NCBI GenBank assembly: GCA_040437565.1
Contig: JBDOQK010000021.1
Span: forward strand, 124,074 to 187,970
Length of the DNA: 63,897 nt
From: Albugo candida
Lineage: Eukaryota
Direction: 5' to 3'
Shown here one piece after another: positions 50,588 to 62,686 of the stretch; position 1 is the first letter of the stretch; the number at the start of each line of letters is the position of its first letter. Both the position numbers and the translations under genes were made by a program. The notes below the pieces were generated by a model, which was given only the letters and a program-made list of their open reading frames with translations, was not told where the DNA came from and did not search any database.

Positions 50588-53165
50588 AACAAGAAATTGC
50601 AGCATTCCATTAACACTGTAGCGCAATAATACGTTTGCTTCTTTTGTTCCACTTCACTCGTTGTTCGCTTCTTCTGACGGTATGATACAACTTGTGGTGT
50701 TCGAATAAGACAAAGAATTCGAGAGGTCAACTACACACGAAAAAGAGGCCCACGTTTGCATTTCATTTGATTTCTCGGCATCTCGATTTTGCGTAAGTTG
50801 ACCGCAATTCTCTCCGAACGAGACGCCTATTGTCATCCGGGCGCCTGCTATCAGTGATAGTAATCCGTGCTCAAACCGAACTTAGGCAGCTTTGACGCTT
50901 GTAAATGGTTTATATCGTTGCATGATGCCTTAGATAAGGTATATTACGCAATTTTCCCAGTATGCATGAACTCCAATGGGACGAATCGTTTACCAAGCTA
51001 CGTTGTCAATAGAGATCGAGCATCTGTTCCGATATGAAGACTTCAGTAGCGCGAACGCCATTGACTACGGCGGGGCGGATCAGAAATAAACCTCGATACC
51101 ATACGAATGTCAGGAGTCACGGAATGATTGAAATGGTCATGGATCTCATGCAATCGATTTGGATGCATACTGACGGATCCATCTCAAATTGTCCATTAAG
51201 TGAGGATTCTTCCACATAAAGTGAGTGATTTCAATCGAATTTACGTATAAGTCAAAAGCAATGTGATTGGCAGAAATACCACGCAAATCAACCAATCATA
51301 ACCCCACATGCCACCTCATGCGTCCGATCATTTTCCACCAAATTGAAAGCGTTTACGGCGTTTGTCGATAGCTTAGAAACACACGTCGTCCATTCTTCCT
51401 CACTACCAAGCGATCCTTTGCAAAAAATGCGTCCATTGAACATACCAATTTCCTCACTCAGTAGCTATTCGAACGAATCCAAAACCACCAAAATGACCAA
51501 AACGAGTCGAAGGAACAGAACGACTTTGCATCCGCATGGAAATCAAGGAANNNNNNNNNNNNNNNNNNNNNNNNNNNNNNNNNNNNNNNNNNNNNNNNNN
51601 NNNNNNNNNNNNNNNNNNNNNNNNNNNNNNNNNNNNNNNNNNNNNNNNNNAGAAACACACGTCGTCCATTCTTCCTCACTACCAAGCGATCCTTTGCAAA
51701 AAATGCGTCCATTGAACATACCAATTTCCTCACTCAGCAGCTATTCGAACGAATCCAAAACCACCAAAATGACCAAAACGAGTCGAAGGAACAGAACGAC
51801 TTTGCATCCGCATGGAAATCAAGGAAAGACCATTTAGAACCGTTACAGCATCCATCGACCAACCTAATAGTGGAAACATTGTCGATATGCGTGAATGCGT
51901 CGCGATTGTCTCGGGTCTTGGCGACGCAGGCGTTGGATCCATTGTAGCGATATCTCATGAGAATTGCGATGTCGAGTGGTATGGAGTCGTAATGTATATC
52001 GGAAACGATATGCACACATTGCGTTGATTCCTGCTGTGTGGAATGAGTGCAGTGGGGCGAAACGCGTGCCCGTTTCGATTGGAATGGAAGTCAAAGTCGT
52101 CTTCACTAATTCATTGTTCATTTCGTCCGCGATCTCATCAAAGCTCCTGAGAATTCCTAAAGGGGCACTTCTGTGTCGACTTCTCTTCCATTTTTCATGG
52201 GATCCAAATGCGTGAACGCCTTAGTCGAGTCAAAACGGTTGGTTTAGAGCGTTCAATGACGACAATTGCGCTCGCAACGTCCAGAGGAGGGCCAACACAT
52301 TACACACGGCTGATATCGATGTTGTCTAGTGTCGTATCGTTTCGAAAATGATGTCACGTTGCTGAATACATCGATTCGTTGCGTATAGTTCCTGGCAAAT
52401 GGTTTATGGTGACGGAAATCATGCTTGCCTGAGCGTATCGATTCCGTCGCGAGAAAGGCTGCGAGCATAACGGAAACTGGAGAGCTCGGTACTGAGCGTG
52501 AAAATTGCCGCGTTTTTGAGTACTATGGTCCTCGCAATAGTCGAATTAGCACGATTTCCATCTTGATTCGGAATCTCTTTCTTCTTGGACAATACGACGA
52601 TGAGATACATAGTACAGCGCCTTGTGAAATAGATTCAAGCACGTTGTACTCGACGTTGGTGATGCCAATTTGCGCGGAAAATCCTGTGACGTATAGTAAC
52701 GCTTTCTACGCTTGATGCTCGAGGTATCTTTACCGCCTTGGGGGTTTCTTCCTCCATTACTGGGCAACTTCACAGAGGCTTGGCATTTATCAAATCGTTC
52801 TTGGGCTAAAATTCAATAAATGTAACGGCGTGAAGAATAGAGTATGCCGCCGAGTCTATACAGCGGGTTTCAGGCAGCGATAGAGGATGCAGATCTGATC
52901 GGTATTCATTGCTAATTTTCTATGGCTGCTCCCTATACAACAAAGAATTTCTATGTACCATAATATATTTCTTAGAGAGAGATAAAGGCAAATTGCAATG
53001 GAAAACAAGGGTACGCATCCAATGCTGTACACATACGTGCTGAAACGATCAGCTGGATGCAAAGGATATGCAAGTTTTGACGAAAGTACAAGTAATTTTC
53101 GAACATAGTAGATCCGACTACAATTCATTTTGCTATTTGTGTTCCGTCTGCCGGAAGCTTCACTC

Positions 53166-53720
53166 ATGGTATCTCGCAAATCGGCACTTGTGTTCATCAG
53201 TATCTACGGTATTGCAAATGCGAATGTTCCACCACGCTTTCTTGATTCCAAGAGGTCGCCTCCAACAACTTATACATTTATACCTGGCCAGCAAAGTCTT
53301 GACAATGTCAAGTGCCCAAATGCCATTTTTAGAAATAAGGAACGGAAAGGTTGCAAAATCAAAGATGTCTATGAGACAGAGTGTCTCAACTTTTTCCGAA
53401 ATTGTCTCTATACGATACAACACGACTTTTTTCAGCTGTCCAACGGGAAGCAAATTGATGAGAAAGGTATCGCACAAGCAATGGAACCATACTTCAAAGG
53501 TTACCCCACTGATGGGAATCCTGCTCACAGAACTTCGTATCTTCATGAAATCTATTTAGGAATGCTTGAATATATAAGCAAATTGATACCTTCAAAAACG
53601 GAGGTTGAGAAGTGGAAGAACAATGAAAATGTCTACAAAGGACTTCATAGTTTCTTTTTGAACATATTTGCCAAGTATCATTTCATTCAATGCATGATTC
53701 AGTTCAATACTAACCGCTAG
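53166..53720 (+). CDS. Secreted Cys-scaffold protein, family paralog F (candidate effector)
   Basis: 184 aa from ATG 53166 (MVSRKSALVFISIYGIANA); PPRFLDSK; C-x12-C-x9-C; YFKGYP; FAKYHFIQC; upstream ~330 bp homologous to that of paralog E. Confidence 0.85.
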   Translation: MVSRKSALVFISIYGIANANVPPRFLDSKRSPPTTYTFIPGQQSLDNVKCPNAIFRNKERKGCKIKDVYETECLNFFRNCLYTIQHDFFQLSNGKQIDEKGIAQAMEPYFKGYPTDGNPAHRTSYLHEIYLGMLEYISKLIPSKTEVEKWKNNENVYKGLHSFFLNIFAKYHFIQCMIQFNTNR

Positions 53721-56437
53721 AGCAAGAGATTGCGCCGTCGGTTATTGTCGCTGGCGTTTCTTCCATGTAATCGGTTTGGTACCGTTTACGTATCTACTAA
53801 AAAACCGGTTACGAATCTAACCTAATAGGATAGGTGCGAGGTCTCTTTCTAGGTTCTCGTAAGTAGCCAACGTAACAAAAAATACACGTACTTAACTCGG
53901 TCTTCACATCGAATCGCAACACTGGACAAATATGCAATCGACAGCGCTATCCTTTCGTTTGGTTGATATGTGGAATAATCGCACAAAGAAAAATCATCAT
54001 AAAGCAATGCACATGTAAGCTAAATTATCCATCTTGCGTCAATCTTAGTACAAGTTGTGGTCGTTCCGACTTTGGATGGTGGATAGAACAACACGCAATA
54101 CTCCATGTCGTGGAAGAAGTCACAAATGGATTGATGACAAGCAGAAGTAAGCGATCAAACACGCCCTGCCGGCAGAGATCTCCAGTAATCTCAAAAGGAA
54201 ATGTCCGAGGCGATATATAACAGCTTTGAAGAAAGAGAGATAAAGACAGCATTTCACTGCAAGTCAAAGTAGAAGTCAAAGCGAGCACGCCTTTTTTCAG
54301 CAATCTTTGACATTTCTCCTGTGTAGATTCTCAAAAGTGCTATTCAATAGTGATTGGGCTTTAGCGCGATAAAAAAATCAAAACGAAGACATAGCACGGG
54401 CGAGCATTGATGCACTTTGTAAATGTACTGAAAGATGCCGTTGAATTGGAAATGAAAGTAGATGGATGATAAACTCATTCATTAATCTTGGCACCGGCAA
54501 AAGTATAGCCAGCAGAAGTTATAAGAGGTAGATCATGAAAGGATGGTGGTGAAAACTGTCATTGATTATGGTTGAAGTATGACTGTCTGAATTACGCTGG
54601 TAGCATTACCTGAGACAGCCTTATAAAATGGTTACGCATTTAAGTTAGTTGTCAACGCATTAGAGCCACAAAAACACTTTCTTTTGTGATTTATAGCTTA
54701 TTCAATTAGGATCATGGAACCCACACTTTGCGACCGCTTTGACACGTGTCTATTCAATTGTAACCGTATCTTTGTTATTTTTGGCCTTTCGATCGAGGAG
54801 TGACGGAAGTGGAGGTTGACGGTGTTGTACTATCACTCTCGGTGGTCTTTCCTTTGACTTTACTTTCTTTAATACGCTTCTGCTCGTTCTCAGAGACTTC
54901 AGTTGATTCATCTTCCTTTTCTAGAAAACCAAGGCGTTTGAAATTTCTGTCTATCATGTGGACGAAGTCGTTAAGGTCACTCGCGGATAATTTTGGAAGT
55001 TGGATCTCATTATCTGGAAGGGATTGCTTTCCAACCACTGGGTGCTGCCGGGCCGAGTAGAGCAAAACGGATGCCGCAAATGCCAATCTTTGAGACATGA
55101 ATCGAACCGTTCTATACAAATTGGTCCGATATGTGTTCGCAGTCGAAGGTGTATTGAAAAGTGACAACATTCAATTTACCAAGGTAGCACTCCCGCGTGA
55201 GGATCTATTGGATGGGCGAGGATTCTCCGCTGGATCCTATATCGCAGGTATAAAAAAACTGTATAATTCTATCGTCTCGGGAACGCTGAACGCGACAACT
55301 GTGAACATGTCAGGACCTGGACAGGCAATGAAACCTTTCATTCAAAGCTGAGTTTCGAATGGATCAAAATTGTCATATTCACAAATGATAAAAGTCAATC
55401 AAATGATATTAGCAAAAGTAAACCTTCTTCTCGGCAGAGAATGCTGCGAATCCTCCTGTCCAGAAGGATCTAATTTTTGATCTCCTCTGTTTCCTGATAA
55501 GATCAGACTGTGTTAAGATGTCTCACAAATGCGATCTAGCAATCTCTCGTTTTTTTCTAATAAATCCCTGATAGAATCCTTTCAAAGTGAATGTGCGTAT
55601 ATTACAATTCAAATCCTTCCAATGCCAAAACTTCGAATTGTGGATAATCCGGTCATCGTACCTAATTTAAAATTAAATAAACATTATATGTAGAATTATT
55701 CCTCATTATTTGTGAGATTATTGAGGGGTTTGATCCATATTTTTAAAAAAGATATCTTTTCGGCAACAATGTCAAGTAGAGTGAGATATGCATTTCACTA
55801 CATGTGAATGCAGCGATTAAATTGAGTCGAGAAACATAGTTCTGCTGGCTGTTGCTTTACTAGCACCAACGAATGTCATGTAGAGGAACAGACGGACCAT
55901 ATGAAGCAACAGTTTGCTATTCGCTCAGCACTTTTGACATTCGAATTCGGGCCTCTTGATCGAGCACAGCTTTCGAAAGTACAATGATCAATATCGAACC
56001 CACCTGTCAAAAATCGAGAAAGCTTATTGTTACAAGTAGTCCACCATAGATTTGCATTATAGTCGCCAGAATGTGAAGAAAAAAAGCGCACGGTTACATA
56101 AGAATACTGCAACAACGGTGCCGGAGACGAATGTATTTATCAGTAATTCTCAGAAGCTTCTATATTGAGCCAATAGCCGACATACATCGCACACACATCA
56201 GTAACTCAATTGTAAAGAAAGAGTTCTCTCACTCACATGCATTTTTGGGACCCATAGACTCAAGATTCCAATCCATGAAAATTTACAGGTAAGCTGATTG
56301 TCTCAAGCATTAGTGCCTCATATCGATACATACCGGTATAATCAACGCCAGTAGAATTTAACGGCAATCACGCAAGTTACATAATACAAAAGAGAAACAG
56401 ATTTTTGGGTGGTTAGGGGTGACGCCCTGCCTGGGTC

Positions 56438-59400
56438 ATGCCCACACCGTCTATTTCTGACGGCTCTTTAATCCGGTTTTTTAAGACCCTCCAACTCGGC
56501 ACCTTGAATGTTCGCGGACTAACGTCGAACATAACGCAGACATGCTTGGGGAAAGATCGCGCGCGGTACAAATTGGACGTATGTGCTCTGCAGGAGACTA
56601 GAATGACAGAGGATCTCGTCGACGTACGCAGGCCAACCGATCGAATCATACTTTTTCCTTCAGCGAAACCCTATGACGGCCTTGGATTTATATTGTCCGA
56701 TAGAGTTGCTAATCATGTGCATCGGTATTGGATGGTCAGCGACCGCATCGCCGTATTACAGTTGAAACTCTCAAAGAAAGTCACGGTTTTATTCATCAAC
56801 GTCTATACCCCGCATATGGGACGCTCTGCAGACGAATCTGATACCTTTTATGACACCCTTCAGCAAACAAAACAGCGCTTTCATCACCAGCTTTTCTTCA
56901 TTTTGGGAGACTTTAAAGCCAAAATTGGGCAGCGTTGCGAAGGAGAGACTTCTTTGGGTTTATACTCGCGCGGGTACCGAAATGATAATGGTATTCGGCT
57001 CCGGGATTTTTGTGCAAACAACGACCTCTTCCTGTCCAACACAGCTTTCTTCAAAAGACGCGCACGCAATATCACCATATGGCAAGGCACTAGCAAAGGG
57101 AGTCCCATATTTAATCAGATCGACTACATCATACTCCCCCTACATTTCAAGCTGCTACTATCCAATTCACAATCTTGGAGCGGGACACTCGTTGACAGCG
57201 ACCACCGGCTTATAACCACGCATCTTCAGCTACCCGTTATCTATAAGATACTCAAAAACATTTCTCGCGGGCAACGTTCGGAGCTTACTTTTGACAACGC
57301 CCTCTTCCGTGATCCGGACATACTTGATTTATACCAGCAAACCATCGCTAAGGCACTTGTCGCACCAACACCCGCTGAATCACTCAACTGGCCATCGGTA
57401 CTTACTCACATCAAAGCCATCGCGAACAATATCATCCGACCCAAGATTGATATCGCACAACGTCCCGATCACAACGATAAAATAGCCGAGCTTTCTCTCG
57501 CACAAAGACGTCTCCGTGCCCTGATCGCCAGCAGCAATACCCCTGTCGACCTACTGCTTTATCGGTATCGCCGACAAGCCCTACTACGAACCATACGACA
57601 GAAGTGCAAGGCAGCTGGAAGACTTCGCGTAACCCAGAACATTATGGATCTCGAAAAGTACAAATACACGGAGAAGATGCACCATATCGTTCGACGGCTC
57701 ACACCAAACAAGCGGCCAGCATTATTTCTACGTGATCATGATGGGGCATCATTGGCAATCCCAGGGAAACAGCCCAAGTCATCACGGAATTTCTGTCAGC
57801 CCAGTTCCACAAACCCCATCTCAGTGACGTCTCTGTTGGACAATATATCATGGCATCTCCCATTACGGCGGAGGAAGTTACACAAGCATTCCGGTCTTTA
57901 ATAAACAATCGCGCACCAGGCGCAGATCACGTCCCAGCCGAATTACTCAAGTATAGCCCCCCAGTGGTTTCCGATATCCTCGCTAAAGCAATCAATTGCC
58001 ATATCCATAACCCCACCACACCCATGCGCGAAAGCCTTAATGATGGTGTTGTCATCACCGTTCCGAAGCCTAACAAACCGACGGGCAGCTGTGCCATTCT
58101 TCGACCGATCACCCTTCTCAGCACCACCCGTAAGACCATATCCACGGTCATCCTAAATCGCATCCGTGAAAAAGTTGATAAATGGCTATCGCCTAACCAT
58201 AGTGGCTTTCGAGTCGCCCGCAGTACAGCCGATGTAGTCTACGCCCACAGATGGAATATCGCATTAACGAGTCGCTTCCAGTAACATGTTCATTCTAGGT
58301 ATCGACCTCAGCAAAGCTTTTGACACCATCGATCGACATGGATTGCTGTAGTTCTGAGCTCGATTTTGGATCCAGACGAGGTCCAGTTGATGAAAGCTCT
58401 CCTAAGTGCACAACCCTCCAACACCGCCTTGGTAAGAAATGCTACTCAACATTCGCAAGTAATCATGGTACACCTCAAGGAGATGCGCTCTCCCCACTTC
58501 TGTTCCAAGTCTACTTGGAAGCGGTACTACGCGATTTATGCCTGCACCTGGAAATTTCAATGCACGAGCTCAGTGCCATTGTGTTTGCTGATGATGTGGA
58601 TTTCATCCACCATGACCCTACTCGTCTCGAGCATATTCTTCTTGTTGCCGAGCAAGTATTCCGGGCATGGTCTTTGACCATCAATGTCAGCAAACAAAGC
58701 GAACGACTATTGCTCGTGCGCCGAACGCAGCCGAGGAAAGTTGGCGTAACGTTCGCAAATTGGGATCACTACTTGGCGATTCTGAAGATGTACAGCTACG
58801 TAAAGCTCATGCAACAGCTGCCTTCAAAAGATTTTGGAAAGTATGGATTCACTCTCACTTACNNNNNNNNNNNNNNNNNNNNNNNNNNNNNNNNNNNNNN
58901 NNNNNNNNNNNNNNNNNNNNNNNNNNNNNNNNNNNNNNNNNNNNNNNNNNNNNNNNNNNNNNAACGTTCGCAAATTGGGATCACTACTTGGCGATTCTGA
59001 AGATGTACAGCTACGTAAAGCTCATGCAACAGCTGCCTTCAAAAGATTTTGGAAAGTATGGATTCACTCTCACTTACTCCCAGAAACACTACGCGTTCGC
59101 TTATACAATATCTATGTGTTACCTATCCTACTGTACAACTGTGGAACATGGGGTCTCACAGAGCGCGACATTGGCAGTCTTGAAGCGTATCACCGACGTC
59201 ACCTTCGCCGCGTCCTCCGCATCCACTACCCTCAGCAAACCAGCAACGTGGGTCTATACAAGCGCTGTAACACAAAACCGCTTCGAATCCACCTGACGAT
59301 GTCTCGCTGGAGACTCTTTGGTCATATTCTCCGCCGCGCACAGCCTATTCCAGCTCAAATGAACATGCTCCGATATTATGATTGTGCTGGTAATTTGCCG

Positions 59401-59547
59401 ACTCATCTGGGCCGCACACCTACCTGCCTCCCAACCGTTCTCGACAAGGATCTACGGCTCGACATAACTTCCAGTCTAGGTCTCCGCAATACCGCAGATC
59501 TGTACGCTCTATCAAATATAGCACAAGACCGCGCATTATGGAACTAA
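56438..59547 (+). mobile_element. RTE/L2-like non-LTR retrotransposon (APE endonuclease plus reverse transcriptase), lightly frameshifted
   Basis: Endonuclease: GTLNVRGL, ALQETR, ILGDF, QIDYI, SDHRL. RT: RAPGADHV, RPITLLS, IDLSKAFD, GTPQGDALSPLLF, FADDV. C-terminal RVRLYNIYVLPILLYNCGTW and RWRLFGHILR. Confidence 0.93.
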
Positions 59548-62500
59548 TTTAGCGGAATAAAGAAACAGTCAGGCGTAAGCGAAAGCTAGAGTCTGCTAAT
59601 ACGGACTTGATGCCGCCGCGAGAACGCACATGATAATAAGAGTGAAACAGTTACCTTTACGATCACAATGTTGACAGCATGAGACTTTTTCTCCTCCAAC
59701 ACAAACGTTGAGCATTTTGGACCAAGTTTGACCCAGCTTTTCGAACGCAATGGCTTCGTTCGAACAATCGATTACAGACTTTTAACATCATCAAGAGCGT
59801 AGTGACGACGATAACGACTTCTATAAAGATCTATCAACAAAGTAAAGGGTAGACAAAAGGGGCAGGAACAAACCAAAAAACTAAGAATATCGATCGTTTT
59901 CGTCGTATTCATATTCGAGCTCGTCTGCGCTTGATAATAAAGAAAGAAAAATCACCAGCACACGTCGCCTACATGAAGATTCCAACAGAAAGCGTTAATT
60001 GAACTCGGAGTCGATGGTAAGAAGCGGCAAAGAATATGAATTCGAATGAAAAAAGATGAAGAGAAAAAATATGACACAATTTTCTCAAATGTTCTTCAGA
60101 GAAGTTTGGAAAACTGTGACAAGATACTCCGTTTGCGAAGGCTCAAACAAACGCTCTGAAGGATCACGCCGAATCAACCGAAGCGTAAACTTGTAAATTT
60201 GTAGTTGCATCAACAACTGTTGAATCAACGAACATACATGTTTCAATGTTATCACATTCTTAATTGTACTCGTCTGTCTCATTACTAAAAGCACGCACTT
60301 GTATGCTCAATCTTCCATCAACGTCTTCCAGATATTACATTATCGGCCAGAGTCGGTCGCACGTTATTCAAAGATTATTTTACTTCGCTTCCCAGCGCAG
60401 AGAGACTGTCGACTTGCATAATGATTTCTTGAGCAGCTTCAACTTCATCAGTTAGTATTGGATCCTCAGCAATTACCGTATTTTTCTTTTTCCGCACCTC
60501 CATCAGTACTTCATCTGCCTGTATCTCTTTGGGTACATCTTCCTTGGTGAAGTTACCAAGTATCGGAATGAAGATTTCTCAAAGATGTATCTGCCGCAAG
60601 TAACGCTGCAGCTTTTCGAATATGAGCGTCGTCTGGCATTTGGTAAAGATGAACGAATGGGAATACAGGGAAGTTTTGACTGATGCCCCACATTCCACCT
60701 TGTGCTTCACTCAGTAATTACATCATCGCGTACCCCATAAAACGTCAATCCCGTTTATTGATTCTGATGAGTAGCCCAAGTACATGTTAAAAAAACGTCC
60801 GCAATCAGCCAGAAATCATTTCCGTGAACTTGAACTTGTCTCCGAGGAAATGACGACAATTAATGAAAATGCTCAACACTCACGGGGCTGATGATGGCTT
60901 TGTTGGATACTGTATAGCCTGCATAAATAAAAGTCTTACCCATGAGAGGTGATTTCCAGACACTATTCGGAAATGAAGAAGCTCATTATGTCTTTGTCTT
61001 TTGTTTATCGAACAATCGGTCGTCAGGTGACCTTGCGTCGATACAACTACACTTTTGTCACAACGAACCTCTCATATTCCGTTCATCGGTTAGAGTTTTT
61101 ACTTTAAATCGGACTCGTTTTGACCGACATATACGAAAGGGAGGCAAGGCTCGAAAGTGACATGACTGATTTTATGACTGCAGGGTCAATTTCTGTTGAT
61201 ATCGCAAAGCGAAGGGCATTATACCTGATGTGGTCAATCCTGATAGCTATCTTTAAGATTGGAATAGGTCGTCCTTCAATATCGGATGAGATGATGATTT
61301 AAAAATACATAACACGATGAGACTCTGTTCTCAAAGTGTAGGATAGTACAAAGAGAAGTGACTGCTTTTGCGCTGACTTGAAGCTGTGAGCGGTTGATGA
61401 TGACAGTCAATATTCTTGTCCTTGTTTTTTAACACTTGCATCTGACAGACAATTATGGTCCTTTAGACGACAATGGAGACATAGCAATAAATCCACGTAA
61501 AAAGTCATAGGTCCTACGTGTATTTGCATACAGTTCGCTGACTACAGAGTCCATCGTGCTAATGGTTTACCATAATACTATTTGGGAGCATAACTTCATA
61601 TAGCGAATAAATTCGAGTGTTGTTGTGACTGGTGTATTAGGCGGCGTATGCTGTAATCAACAACACCAAGCAGTAAATCGTTCTCAATGACCACGAGTCC
61701 AATATCCAACGATTTGAATACGTCCCCAGCTTCATAGACATACCTCCGCAAAGGGTGGTAACCTTGGCAGACATTTTCCAATACATGAGTTTTCATAGGG
61801 ATAGAATGCTTAATCACTTCGTATAACTGGTTTACTGAAAAGGTCACTACGCTACTGACGGAAATCGTTCGTGCAGTGCGCAGTACTTTAATCGCTTCAA
61901 GACTTGAGGTTTATCGAATTCCGATAAAGTGATTTGTTTGAGCTTGGAATTGGCCAGACGGACGCTCTTGCACGTACTTACGAGCATAGTTGCACATCCA
62001 AGCGTTCGTTTTCCATCTTGAAATAAGTCTGGGCGATGTTCCAGAAATAATTCCTTAGCAATCGCTGCGCTTTAGACCTCTGCTCGTGTTGGAGGACATC
62101 AAGTAATGATGCGTCCAATCTGAGGGCATGAACATCAGAATAGCTTTACACTGGGCTTCATGTATGTATGACAGAGAATGTAGGAGGACTTGTGGCTAAA
62201 ATCTTATTATCGGAAGCTTTCTTTCAACGTTTCTTTCTATGATTATCTTCAAAATTACATACGATTCGTATAGTCTCATGTTTTCCTCTCGCGTGTAATA
62301 CTTCTTCAGTATGCTTCTACTTGATGCGGAGGAGAAGTTGTTAGAGAGCGAATGAGCTCTCTACGACCTTTACTTGTTCCGTTTTCCACTGCTGTACATT
62401 TAACAAAGGGAACTCCAAGAGCATAGTTCCATCTGACTTGCAACCCAAACGCACGCCACAAAATGGTAAACTTTTTTGCATGGGACGCATAGTAGGAAGC

Positions 62501-62686
62501 TTTGTAAATTAGCTGTTCAGCCATTTACAAATGCAGCAGGAAGGCACAATACTTGCTGAAGATGTTGTGAGGACAGACTGATGCAAACAACTTCTGCTTT
62601 CTAAGCGTATACCAAAGTGATTGGAACGTATTGAATTGCCCCACAACTCTATTGCCTCTTCTTGCCCAGTACTTAAAGCCTCATTC

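Noticed and set aside
53130-53165. TTG-initiated N-terminal extension of paralog F in the ORF track
   Set aside because: Eukaryotic gene; ATG 53166 matches the family start context and promoter spacing.
24766-53720. Assigning the secreted family to elicitins, CCG/CHxC, CRN or canonical RxLR
   Set aside because: No 6-Cys elicitin spacing, CxxCxxxxxG, LFLAK or RxLR-dEER in any intact member.
22698-59077. Other short direct repeats at gaps (22.7-23.0, 31.26-31.6, 48.39-48.55, 51.37-51.83, 58.75-59.08 kb)
   Set aside because: All abut N-gaps; the single mismatch at 51.4/51.7 kb fits two haplotypes. Not CRISPR arrays or real tandem repeats.
56390-59650. Target-site duplication for the RTE-like element (aagagaaacag vs aagagtgaaacag)
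   Set aside because: Imperfect, A-rich match; element boundaries cannot be fixed confidently.
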